DNA of 64,000 nt, taken from positions 1,914 to 65,913 of the forward strand of contig CAKPSH010000006.1 in the NCBI GenBank assembly GCA_934183325.1, in the 5' to 3' direction. Below are positions 43,925 to 53,320 of the stretch, piece after piece. The notes under the pieces were generated by a model that made no database searches, was not told the origin of the DNA, and saw nothing but the letters and a program-made list of their open reading frames with translations. Position 1 is the stretch's first letter, and the number at the start of each line of letters is the position of its first letter. This DNA is from an uncultured Clostridia bacterium. Its GTDB lineage: Bacteria > Bacillota > Clostridia > TANB77 > CAG-508. The position numbers were made by a program, and so were the translations under genes.

Positions 43925-45040
43925 CTATTTGTTATCTATATATTTTTTCTTTAATATACTAGTAATAACATCTCTAGTTATTCTATTTATTTCTCTAGCA
44001 TTTGTAAATTTATCTGCATTGCTTAATAGTAATTCATTTGTTTTTTCTTCTTTTAAAATAGCTATTTGTTCAGCATCTAAATATTTTAAATACTCCTCAT
44101 AATTTTTTTCTATAATTATCTTACAAGCATTAATATCCAATGCATTAAATTTCACAAAGCCATCAAATCTATTATAAATAGGTAAACCTAGATTATTTTT
44201 TATATCTTCTATATTTTCATAGTTTGAAGTACAAATTATGATTGAATTTTTTAATTCTACTGAATAATTTTTATCAACAAATATGCCTTCATCAAAAAGT
44301 TGATAAAATGCACTAAAAAACACTTTGTTCGCTTTATCAAATTCATCTAATAAAATAACATTTGTTTCTCTATCTAATAAATCTTTTGAAAAGCTACTTT
44401 CGGAATGTTTTGTTCCAAATACATAATTTGCAAAGTCTTCATTTTGAAACATTGAAAATTGTTTTCTAAATAATTCTCCTCCCATTTTTTGAGAAATAAA
44501 CTTAGCTGTTTCAGTTTTTCCTACACCACTTGGTCCATAAAACATTAAAATTAATGGTTTATTATTAAAGAAATCAAATGTTGCAGAATATAGTAAATTT
44601 ATAAGTTCCTCTTTTGCACATTCTTGACCAATTATATTTTTTGAAAATTTCTCATTAATTTCTTTAACACATTTCTCATCAATCTTTTTATATTCATATA
44701 TTTTTTCTAAGCAATTTTCTGTTTTTATCAATCTATTATATACTTGTATTGGTGGATTTTGTAAGTAAACATTTTCAATATCAAATCTATTTAAAAAAGC
44801 TTCAATATTATATAATACCCATTCATTTACCATTGAATATTCATCAGATAAAATTACTAAATTCTCTATTTTTCCTATATCATTAGATGTTTTAGGACTT
44901 ACGCCATCTATCTCTATTGTTTTTTCTTCTTTTTGCACTTTTCTTACTAATTCAGAAAAGCTAAACTGTCCACTTAATTTATATTCTTCTTCAAATCCAT
45001 TTAAAGGTCCCCAAAATATATATTTATTCATCTGTAACAC
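43925..45040 (-). CDS. AAA+ ATPase (ClpA/B-D2-like AAA_2 type)
   Basis: 371 aa with Walker A (FYGPSGVGKTETAKFIS), Walker B (VILLDEFDKA) and sensor-1 (IIICTSNY) motifs. Confidence 0.75.
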   Translation of the reverse strand: MLQMNKYIFWGPLNGFEEEYKLSGQFSFSELVRKVQKEEKTIEIDGVSPKTSNDIGKIENLVILSDEYSMVNEWVLYNIEAFLNRFDIENVYLQNPPIQVYNRLIKTENCLEKIYEYKKIDEKCVKEINEKFSKNIIGQECAKEELINLLYSATFDFFNNKPLILMFYGPSGVGKTETAKFISQKMGGELFRKQFSMFQNEDFANYVFGTKHSESSFSKDLLDRETNVILLDEFDKANKVFFSAFYQLFDEGIFVDKNYSVELKNSIIICTSNYENIEDIKNNLGLPIYNRFDGFVKFNALDINACKIIIEKNYEEYLKYLDAEQIAILKEEKTNELLLSNADKFTNAREINRITRDVITSILKKKYIDNK

Positions 45041-45776
45041 CTGCCAATATTACATCATAAACATCTAATGCACCTTCATCACTCTGTGCTTTATTACCTA
45101 GAATTTCACTTGCAGTTATAGCATTCTCTACCATTTTTATTTCATTTTCTAACTCCATTTTATTCTTTTGTATTTTTCCGACTTTAACAGCATATACATC
45201 TAAACTCATTTTTAAAATATCCGATAATTTATAATTATTTCTAAACGTATTAGTATTAAATCTCAATACATCCATTTGATTTCCATTTTTTGAAATTACT
45301 TCTGTATATCCTTTTACACTATTTAAAACATTATCTAGGTTAGTTAGATTCATCCCCTGATAGTTATTAGCTCCATTAATTAAATCCATATATGGTGTGT
45401 ATAGTCTGTAATATGCCATTGAATTAGGATAAACTTCTATTTTTATATTTTTAAATACTTTTACCTTTCTATCTCTATTTGCTTTTTTAATATAATCAGT
45501 AAGTACCGTATTACTTAAAGTAGTAGTATTGGCTTTACTTAAATCTCCATCCACTTTACCTCCTGCTCCAAAATTCGAATTAAATACTAACTTTTTTATA
45601 ATCGAAGCAACTTTATTTTGAGAATTTTCATCTAGAATATCTCCTAGCTCAGCTGATATTTTTCCTTCAATTGTTCCATTAAATTTTGTTATATTTTCAG
45701 TTACTTTTTTCCCTCCATCTTTTAGAATTATATAATCCAGTGCTGATTCTTCATCAAAATATACTATCTTCTGCAT
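45024..45776 (-). CDS. Hypothetical protein, coupled to the AAA ATPase
   Basis: 250 aa. It overlaps the ATPase start by 17 nt. No motif was recognised. Confidence 0.4.
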   Translation of the reverse strand: MQKIVYFDEESALDYIILKDGGKKVTENITKFNGTIEGKISAELGDILDENSQNKVASIIKKLVFNSNFGAGGKVDGDLSKANTTTLSNTVLTDYIKKANRDRKVKVFKNIKIEVYPNSMAYYRLYTPYMDLINGANNYQGMNLTNLDNVLNSVKGYTEVISKNGNQMDVLRFNTNTFRNNYKLSDILKMSLDVYAVKVGKIQKNKMELENEIKMVENAITASEILGNKAQSDEGALDVYDVILAGVTDE

Positions 45777-45807
45777 CTTTTCACCTCTTCTTTAATATTT
45801 TTATTTT

Positions 45808-47781
45808 TTATTCATATCTATATTCTTCTCCTTCTTCTGCAACTTTTAATTCATAAGTTTCTTCTTCATCTATTGAATAAGTAATTTCATCCTTCTGATT
45901 TAATCTGCTTTTTAAATATTTTGCTAAATTCTTATCTGTACAATAAATATAACATCCTTTTTGTCCTCTTGTCATTAATGTCCTATAAGTATTTTTTATA
46001 ATTTCATCAGCAACTTTCATAGCATTATTAAAGTCTTGTTGCGCCATTTTATATATTCCTTTTATTGATTGATCGGTCTTGGCTCTTTCTGTAACATCTG
46101 TAACTATTTTGCCATTTTCATATCTTAAATCATTTCCAATAATTACTCCAACATAATCAAATTCTAATCCTTGAGCAGTATGTATACATCCAATTTCATT
46201 AACAGATTCAGCATCAATTGCCCATGTCTGACTATTTCCTAAATTCCAACTCATTGCAAAATCATATTCTGGAATTGTTATATCAAATACATCTGATTTA
46301 TTTTTTCCATCTTTTATCCAATCCCAACAATATCCAGCAAGCAGCCTTGCTTTATTGTTTATTTTATTTTTTTCGAAAATTATATTTCTTACTTCGTTAG
46401 GTGTATCACAAATTTTAATATCGTAATCCAAATCAAATCCATCACTATTAGCAGTCTTTCTTATTTCTAATACATCATCAAGCCAAGCAATATATCCATC
46501 AGACCCATTGCATCTAAATTGCGATTCTAATTCCATTATTTCTGATTCTGCATTTGCTTGTCTAATATATTTTTGTATTTCTTCAACACTTCCTATATCT
46601 TTTAAAGTTACTCTTTGTGACTCATCTATAAAGAATATTGAAAATTTGGATGCTTTAATAATTTCCTTTATTTGATTCTCACCTAAGTTCTGGAACATTC
46701 CAGACTTTGCATTTAACCTATGAGCTTCATCAACAATTAATACATCAAACTCATTCTCAACAGATTCAACAAATGAACCTGAGCCTTTAAATAAATTATT
46801 TATTCTTGTTCTTCTAAAATCACCACTTAATTTCGTTGCATATACATTTCTTGGTGCTGCATTCTTTGTTACATATGAACAAACCATATTTTCATTTGTT
46901 AGTTTTACTAAAAGATTAATAGCTAATACTGATTTTCCAGTGCCTGGTCCACCTTTTACAATTAAAGCTCTTTTATTTCCGTCTCTATATGATTTTCTAG
47001 CCATATCTAAAGCTGTTTCATATACAAGTTTTTGGTCATCTATCATTACAAATTCGTCATTACCTTTTAACATGCTAGATAACGCATCTTGTAGTGACTT
47101 AGAAGGTCTTATTTTTCCATTTTCAATCATATATAGTGTTTCTTTATCATCACCATATTTAATATACTTATTTATAAAATCTCTTAATTTTTCTACATCA
47201 CCTTTAATAAATGCAGGCGCTTTTTCTAAATAATATTTATAATTATCTGATAGTAATGTTGGTGGTGTTACAGTTAAATAATTATGAAGATATGCACATG
47301 GATGTAAATCTATTTTTCTATCTTGTACAGTCTCATTATAATCTTCTATTGTTGTTGCATATGACCATGCTTGATATGATGGATGTGCAACTTCTCTTAA
47401 AGCATGCCCTGTGTATGTTTGTACTATTCCATCTTTTCCATTAACTATATTAGCTTCCGTCCATTGTTTTAATTCAACAATAATAGCTGTATTTTTAAAT
47501 TTTCCGTCCTTACCTGTAATTATAAAGTCTACTCTTTTAGATGTATTTGGAATTTTAAATTCAATAGCTATTCCTACATTTCCAGGTATATTATTATCTA
47601 TTAAAACTTTCATCATATATTGCATAGAATTATTCCATGCTTTTCTTTCACTCTGCGATGTGTGATATCCCATTTTCTCATAAAATTTTTTATCTATATT
47701 CTCTTCAATTCTATCTTGCACAACATCTTCTACAAATAATTGCTTTGTTGCTTCATACACTATCATAATAATTGCCCCCAC
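45808..47781 (-). CDS. DUF2075/Schlafen-like protein: an N-terminal PD-(D/E)xK nuclease-like domain plus a P-loop helicase-like ATPase
   Basis: 657 aa with a KRVDFIITGKDGK...IIVELKQW (D..ELK) nuclease motif, Walker A (VKGGPGTGKS) and Walker B (VLIVDEAHRL) motifs. Confidence 0.65.
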   Translation of the reverse strand: MGAIIMIVYEATKQLFVEDVVQDRIEENIDKKFYEKMGYHTSQSERKAWNNSMQYMMKVLIDNNIPGNVGIAIEFKIPNTSKRVDFIITGKDGKFKNTAIIVELKQWTEANIVNGKDGIVQTYTGHALREVAHPSYQAWSYATTIEDYNETVQDRKIDLHPCAYLHNYLTVTPPTLLSDNYKYYLEKAPAFIKGDVEKLRDFINKYIKYGDDKETLYMIENGKIRPSKSLQDALSSMLKGNDEFVMIDDQKLVYETALDMARKSYRDGNKRALIVKGGPGTGKSVLAINLLVKLTNENMVCSYVTKNAAPRNVYATKLSGDFRRTRINNLFKGSGSFVESVENEFDVLIVDEAHRLNAKSGMFQNLGENQIKEIIKASKFSIFFIDESQRVTLKDIGSVEEIQKYIRQANAESEIMELESQFRCNGSDGYIAWLDDVLEIRKTANSDGFDLDYDIKICDTPNEVRNIIFEKNKINNKARLLAGYCWDWIKDGKNKSDVFDITIPEYDFAMSWNLGNSQTWAIDAESVNEIGCIHTAQGLEFDYVGVIIGNDLRYENGKIVTDVTERAKTDQSIKGIYKMAQQDFNNAMKVADEIIKNTYRTLMTRGQKGCYIYCTDKNLAKYLKSRLNQKDEITYSIDEEETYELKVAEEGEEYRYE

Positions 47782-47791
47782 TATTATTACT

Positions 47792-48106
47792 TTATAATTT
47801 ATTGTATTTTGTACTAACTCCCTTAGCTTTTTCTACTGGATATTTTTTCTTTGTCTTTTCTAGCTTTTTTAATATAATTTCTTCAGGATCCACATTTAAT
47901 TTCATGGCCATTTGAATACAGTATGTAAAAACATCTGCTAATTCTTCACATACTTCTTCCTTATTATAATTATTATTCCATTGAAAGCACTCCAATAGTT
48001 CTCCTGCTTCTATAGAAATTGATTTAGCTAGATTCTCTGGTGAATGAAATTGATCCCAATCTCTTTCTTCATTAAATTGCTTTATTTCTTTCATTAACTT
48101 ATCCAT
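47792..48106 (-). CDS. MazG-like nucleotide pyrophosphohydrolase (YpjD-like)
   Basis: 104 aa with RDWDQFHSPENLAKSISIEAGELLE and EELADVFTY, which are MazG all-alpha NTP-PPase motifs. Confidence 0.75.
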   Translation of the reverse strand: MDKLMKEIKQFNEERDWDQFHSPENLAKSISIEAGELLECFQWNNNYNKEEVCEELADVFTYCIQMAMKLNVDPEEIILKKLEKTKKKYPVEKAKGVSTKYNKL

Positions 48107-48414
48107 TACTCTGCCTCCTCTAAATAAATCTTTTTCACAAAAGCCCCTCTTTTTTCTTGTTTACCCATTCTTATTTTTTCAAATTCTTCAATTGAAACGT
48201 CCATAGAATTTAATATTCCATAAACAACCTCAACTATATCCGCTAATTCTTCAATATTGTTATCTTCTATATATTCTCTTACTTCTTCTTGTAGTTTTTT
48301 ATTTAATTCTTGTCTGTATTCATTATCATCTAATATTCTATATTTCGCTATTCTTCCATCTGCTTCAATAATATCTGTTATTTTATCTCTAACAAGTTTA
48401 TTATATATTTTCAT
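48106..48414 (-). CDS. Second MazG/HisE-like NTP pyrophosphohydrolase
   Basis: 102 aa with KLVRDKITDII and EELADIVEV motifs. It overlaps its neighbours by 1 nt on each side. Confidence 0.6.
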   Translation of the reverse strand: MKIYNKLVRDKITDIIEADGRIAKYRILDDNEYRQELNKKLQEEVREYIEDNNIEELADIVEVVYGILNSMDVSIEEFEKIRMGKQEKRGAFVKKIYLEEAE

Positions 48415-49427
48415 TATTTTCCTCCGATCCTACAAGTATAATTTGTTGCTTGCAATTTATCTCTATTTATTGCTCCTTTTATAATCTTTAAATCTGCAGA
48501 CATTGATTTTATGTTAAAGTTATAAACTCTATATAAATAATACTTATCTTGATATTGTTCAGAAAATTCAACTTCATTTTCTGATATATGAAACATATTA
48601 TTTAGCCCTCCTTTAGTTGTTTTAACTTCTATATATTTTTCATTTCCTTCTTTGTCATATGAAAGTACATCAAATCTTTCAGCATTTCCTGCAATATCTC
48701 TTGTTGCAAAAACTTTATCTGCTAGATCTTCTCTACCTTCTATTATAAGTCTAGTTTTTTCATATTCTACTACAATGTCTTCACCTTTTTTACCAAATTC
48801 TGTATTCTTTTTTATTTCTCCTTCGAAATTAATATTCTTATTACTATAAAAATCTTTTGTATTTTTTCCTTTTCTAACTTCAGATTCGTATGTATATTCT
48901 ATTTCATCTTCCTTTAATTCTAATGCAAACTTTTTAATATCTAATTTTTCAATATCATGTGTATCTATTTTTTTATCATTTATTATTCTGTTTGAATTAT
49001 CATCATTCCAGTCTAAAATCTGCCATTTAAAATAAACTGGTTTTTCTCTTTGATTGTCATGATCTACATATGCTAACAAACCCATATATGTATAATTTTC
49101 TTTATCAGATGTTCTTAGGAATAAATATATATTATTTTTTAAATAATCATGATTTATAAAATCGATTATTCTTGACTCCCTCAATGTTTGAGAAGGTTGT
49201 GATTGCCATGTTAAAATTCCATTTTCATCTATATTTTCATCAAACTCATGCCCAGACTGTTTTTTTCCGTACGTTACTAGAAATATATAATCATGCTGCG
49301 TTCCTGGAACTCTTATTATTCCTTGTAATCCCCAAGAGCCTGCTTGTGGTGTAAACTTTGTATCTGGTGAAAAGATATCATGTATATCTTCTCTCGAATA
49401 TTTTTCATATCTAATTAATTCTTGCAT
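48414..49427 (-). CDS. DUF3883-domain protein with an N-terminal uncharacterised domain
   Basis: 337 aa. The C-terminal GEDIVVEYE...FDVLSYDKEGNEKYIEVKTTKGG...FHISENEVEFS...YYLYRVYNF matches the DUF3883 pattern. Confidence 0.5.
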   Translation of the reverse strand: MQELIRYEKYSREDIHDIFSPDTKFTPQAGSWGLQGIIRVPGTQHDYIFLVTYGKKQSGHEFDENIDENGILTWQSQPSQTLRESRIIDFINHDYLKNNIYLFLRTSDKENYTYMGLLAYVDHDNQREKPVYFKWQILDWNDDNSNRIINDKKIDTHDIEKLDIKKFALELKEDEIEYTYESEVRKGKNTKDFYSNKNINFEGEIKKNTEFGKKGEDIVVEYEKTRLIIEGREDLADKVFATRDIAGNAERFDVLSYDKEGNEKYIEVKTTKGGLNNMFHISENEVEFSEQYQDKYYLYRVYNFNIKSMSADLKIIKGAINRDKLQATNYTCRIGGK

Positions 49428-49435
49428 TTTTCCTC

Positions 49436-49810
49436 CTATAATAAATCAAATACTATTTTATCTGCTCCTGCAAATTCAAAATCATCTTTTTGATTTTTTG
49501 TTATCCATTTACAACTTTCATGTTCCAACAATTCTACTTCTTCACTAAGTAATTTTGCTTTATAAAAAATTAATTTTATATCTTTCTCAGGATAATGGTG
49601 AATATTCTCTCCTATGTATTCCATTACTTCTATATCAGCATTAAATTCTTCTTTTATTTCTCTTTTTAATGCTTCTTGGTAAGATTCTTCTTTTTCAACC
49701 TTACCTCCTGGAAATTCCCATAATCCACCTTGATCCTTTTTTAAATTTCTCTGAGCCACTAAAAATTTATTTTCATTATTATATATAATCCCTGCTACTA
49801 CTTCTATCAT
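49436..49810 (-). CDS. NUDIX hydrolase (MutT-like)
   Basis: 124 aa with the NUDIX box GGKVEKEESYQEALKREIKEEFN. Confidence 0.85.
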   Translation of the reverse strand: MIEVVAGIIYNNENKFLVAQRNLKKDQGGLWEFPGGKVEKEESYQEALKREIKEEFNADIEVMEYIGENIHHYPEKDIKLIFYKAKLLSEEVELLEHESCKWITKNQKDDFEFAGADKIVFDLL

Positions 49811-49924
49811 ATATTTGCTCCATTTATTTTTTTATTAATATATCATAATTTCCAAATTTTCTCAATAAAACACACAATATTTTAGCCTATTTTGTCGAAA
49901 TATTTTTTCATTTTTTGAATATCT

Positions 49925-50233
49925 TTACAAACTATTTCCACCTAACTTATTTAGTTTATTCCATATCATATTTAACTCATGTTTAGTATTACTTAAATCA
50001 ACTGTATAAATTGCTCCACTATTAGCCAGATGTGTTAACTGATTTATATTATTTCCAATCTTCCTAAGCTCTGTTATTAAATCCTTAATCCCATCAATTA
50101 CTATTATATCTTTATCCAATCCTTGTTCTATCAAATATTCAGATAAACTTAACTCTGCTTTTTCACTATTTCTAACTAATCGTTCTTTCTCTTTTTTCGT
50201 AACTCTAATTGTTATCCTTTCATCTTTTCTCAT
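49925..50233 (-). CDS. MobC-like ribbon-helix-helix mobilization accessory protein
   Basis: 102 aa with ITIRVTKKEKERL...LSEYL (RHH) and KIGNNINQLTH, which resembles the MobC IGNNLNQIAR motif. Confidence 0.55.
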   Translation of the reverse strand: MRKDERITIRVTKKEKERLVRNSEKAELSLSEYLIEQGLDKDIIVIDGIKDLITELRKIGNNINQLTHLANSGAIYTVDLSNTKHELNMIWNKLNKLGGNSL

Positions 50234-50445
50234 CTCATCATCTCCATTTCATAAAAGGGTTTGGGACATCCCCAACTATCAAGACCCCTTTGTATACACA
50301 AAGGGGAATCTTGCTAAAAACATTTCTCTTATTTTAGTTCTTTTTTACTCTAAAACAACATAAAAAAAAAAGTGACATTTTTATCTGCCACTAATCATTT
50401 CACATCTAAAGTAATTTAGCTTATACTCCAGTTATCTTAACTATT

Positions 50446-51312
50446 TCAGAGTGATTCCCTAATTAGGGAATCGCTCATTCTATGGTCATCATCTTTAATT
50501 TCAATACCACCACACATTTCATATAATCTTGAAATTATTGAATCAACAATACTATAATTTTTATTTATACATAATCTTTCTCTTAATTGATTTCTGTTAT
50601 AATTTGTGGTTATAACAATTGGCAAATAATTATTATATCTATTATTCACTATCAAAAATAATTTTTCTAATACCCATTCTGTTGGCTTTTCTTTTCCTAA
50701 ATCATCAATTATCAAAAGATCCACACTAGAATATAAATTCAAATAATCTTTATCAGAAACTTCTGAATCGCTATATGAATCTCTAATAAAATCTAACAAT
50801 TGTATTAAAGTTCCAAATATTACTGATTTTTCGTTCTTAATAATTTCATTTGCAATGCATGATGCTAAATAAGTTTTACCTACACCATAAGCTCCTGTTA
50901 TAAAAAGTCCTTTATTAGTTGTTCCTTTTATCAATTTATCTACATATTTTTTAACATTTTCATAAGCATTTTTATTCTTATTTGTTATTTTATAATTTTC
51001 AAATGTGCTATTTAATTGACGTTTTCCTAAATTATTATTTTTAAATAATTTGTTTATTTTACTTAAATTGATTTTTCTTATTTTGTCTTTTTCAATGTAT
51101 TCATCATATTGTTGCCAAATCTTACTAGCCTCATTACAGGTACATCTTTCATATGCAGTTGCTATATCTTTATAAACAATATTAACATATAGTGCAGTAT
51201 AATCATTTATATGTAATAACTTTCCACAGAATTTGCACTGCTTGTGCATTTTATTATCAGTATCTAAAACTATGTCAGAAATCAATTGTTTTGAATCCAC
51301 TACCATTTTCAC
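50446..51312 (-). CDS. DnaC/IstB-like replicative helicase loader ATPase (phage type)
   Basis: 288 aa with Walker A (GAYGVGKTYLAS) and Walker B (LLIIDDLG) motifs and N-terminal Cys pairs. Confidence 0.8.
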   Translation of the reverse strand: MKMVVDSKQLISDIVLDTDNKMHKQCKFCGKLLHINDYTALYVNIVYKDIATAYERCTCNEASKIWQQYDEYIEKDKIRKINLSKINKLFKNNNLGKRQLNSTFENYKITNKNKNAYENVKKYVDKLIKGTTNKGLFITGAYGVGKTYLASCIANEIIKNEKSVIFGTLIQLLDFIRDSYSDSEVSDKDYLNLYSSVDLLIIDDLGKEKPTEWVLEKLFLIVNNRYNNYLPIVITTNYNRNQLRERLCINKNYSIVDSIISRLYEMCGGIEIKDDDHRMSDSLIRESL

Positions 51313-51790
51313 CTGCCTTTATATCATCTTCTAATCTATTATTTTCTATTTTATTCTTTTCTACTATATTCTCTTCTGCTACGTTACTTGACGTTTGTGT
51401 AACGTTACTTTCTTCTTTTTTCTTATCTCTAAATCTTTTTTGTCTTGCTCTATTTTGCTCTAAAATTTTCTCATATTTATCAATACTTTGATACTTATAC
51501 CAGTTTTTAATTATATATGTATTTTCCTGATATATTAGCATCTCTAAATGGATTAATTTGTTCAATATATTTTCCATTTTTGCATCCGTTTTGTGAATGA
51601 TTGTTGCAAGTTCATGCACTGTCATCGGATTATTTTCTGAAATCATTAACTTTCCTTCTTGCATACATTGTCCTGCTATTGTTAATAATTGAATCCATAC
51701 TCTAAAAAATGTGTCCCCATCACGTTCTTTGAGTAATATTTTGATTTTTGGATTTGCAAATATATCTGTAAACACTTTAATCCATTGCAT
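51275..51790 (-). CDS. Phage replisome organizer (N-terminal domain family)
   Basis: 171 aa. The N-terminal MQWIKVFTDIFANPKIKILL... is typical of phage_rep_org_N. It overlaps the dnaC-like gene. Confidence 0.6.
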   Translation of the reverse strand: MQWIKVFTDIFANPKIKILLKERDGDTFFRVWIQLLTIAGQCMQEGKLMISENNPMTVHELATIIHKTDAKMENILNKLIHLEMLIYQENTYIIKNWYKYQSIDKYEKILEQNRARQKRFRDKKKEESNVTQTSSNVAEENIVEKNKIENNRLEDDIKAGENGSGFKTIDF

Positions 51791-51802
51791 GTTTTCCCTC
51801 CT

Positions 51803-52030
51803 TTACTTTTTTAATGATTCTTGTTCTTTATTATTTAAGTATTCATCTAGTGCTTGTACTCTAAATAATACTCTTCCACCAACTCTTGCACATGGTATTT
51901 GTTTTCTTCTTACTAATTGATTTACTAACCAATATGATATTCCTAAATACTCTGCTGTTTCTTTCATTGTTAATGTTGTACGTTCTACTTTTGGTAAATT
52001 TTCCATATTATCACCTCCAATTTTTAACAC
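51803..52030 (-). CDS. xis: Excisionase/AlpA-type helix-turn-helix DNA-binding protein
   Basis: 75 aa. LTMKETAEYLGISYWLVNQLVRRKQIPCARVGGRVLF is the HTH_17/excisionase signature. Confidence 0.65.
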   Translation of the reverse strand: MLKIGGDNMENLPKVERTTLTMKETAEYLGISYWLVNQLVRRKQIPCARVGGRVLFRVQALDEYLNNKEQESLKK

Positions 52031-52197
52031 TTTTTAGCAACTTTTAGCAATTATTAGCACTTTTCTTGATTTTTAGTGCTTTGCCTTGTAAAATGTAACT
52101 AGCTAATTACTAATTGTTATTTTAATTGTTTAATTTTGAATTAAAAACCTGACAGGTAATAATTAGAAAAATTTTTTTAATTGTAGGGGGGATTATT

Positions 52198-53244
52198 ATG
52201 ATGGGTGATTTAAAAATTGCTTTTGATTTTATAAACTCTAAAGAATATGTGTCAAAATTTACAGCAGATGAATTTACTGATATAGATAAACTACCTGAAA
52301 ATTTAAAAGATAAAAAATTTTATATATTTAAAAATTGCGAACCACACTGTCAAGCAATAGGAACATTTTTACTTGATTTTATGAATACAGATTTTGATGA
52401 TTTTGAAGATTTTAGTTTATTACTAGATAAATATCTTTTTATTCCTTTATTGTTTTTCTATAATCCGAATATATTAAATGATTGTTTATATGGTAAAAAT
52501 GTAATATCTAAAAAAGAATATCTGAAAGAAAATATCTTGATATTATCTGAAGAAGAATTTATGTATTATTGGAAATTATTTTATGAAGAATACAACTGGG
52601 ATTTATCAACTACACAACTCAAATTTGAAAATATATTTGAAAATCAATATTATAAAAAATTCTTAGAGGTAACTAATGTCATGGATGATAATTATGACTT
52701 ATTTGAAGAATTTTCTAGGAAAGAAGATCATTTTTCCGCAATAAAAGATATTGCTCCAGAATTTACAACAATTGAAATGAGCTATGATGTAAAAGACTTT
52801 TGTGATAACACAAATATATATAATTACTTCTCTGCAAAAAATCCAATTGATATTGCTTATGTTTCTGCTAGAGAACTTTTGAACAACAAAAAAAGTTTTA
52901 GATTAGTACGTTGCGGTATTTGCAACTATTACTTTATACCTAAAACTTCTCATACAACTTTATATTGTGATGAAATCTATCAAGATGGGAAAACTTGTAA
53001 AGAATATGCTAAATTAATATCTACCACAAAAACTTATGAATCTGATCCTCTTTGTAAAAAATATAGGAATAGATACAAAAATTTGCATAAGCAAGCCTCT
53101 TTAAGCAATAATCCTAAGGTAAGTCTTTTATGTGAGGAGTATAAATTAAAAGGTCCTAAAATGCTTGAAAAATACCAACTTGGTAAAATCACTCCAGAAG
53201 AATTCGAAAATTGGATTGATGGGATGAAAATAAGGAAAAGCTGA
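52198..53244 (+). CDS. Hypothetical protein with a C-terminal Cys-rich (zinc-ribbon-like) region
   Basis: 348 aa with RCGICNYYF...YCDEIYQDGKTCKEY. The terminator agctgatattt-aacc-aaatatcagct lies at 53246-53275. Confidence 0.4.
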   Translation: MMGDLKIAFDFINSKEYVSKFTADEFTDIDKLPENLKDKKFYIFKNCEPHCQAIGTFLLDFMNTDFDDFEDFSLLLDKYLFIPLLFFYNPNILNDCLYGKNVISKKEYLKENILILSEEEFMYYWKLFYEEYNWDLSTTQLKFENIFENQYYKKFLEVTNVMDDNYDLFEEFSRKEDHFSAIKDIAPEFTTIEMSYDVKDFCDNTNIYNYFSAKNPIDIAYVSARELLNNKKSFRLVRCGICNYYFIPKTSHTTLYCDEIYQDGKTCKEYAKLISTTKTYESDPLCKKYRNRYKNLHKQASLSNNPKVSLLCEEYKLKGPKMLEKYQLGKITPEEFENWIDGMKIRKS

Positions 53245-53320
53245 TATTTAACCAAATATCAGCTTTTAAAATTATACTTCATATATAGATAAAAAATCTA
53301 ATTAAATAATTATTTTTATA

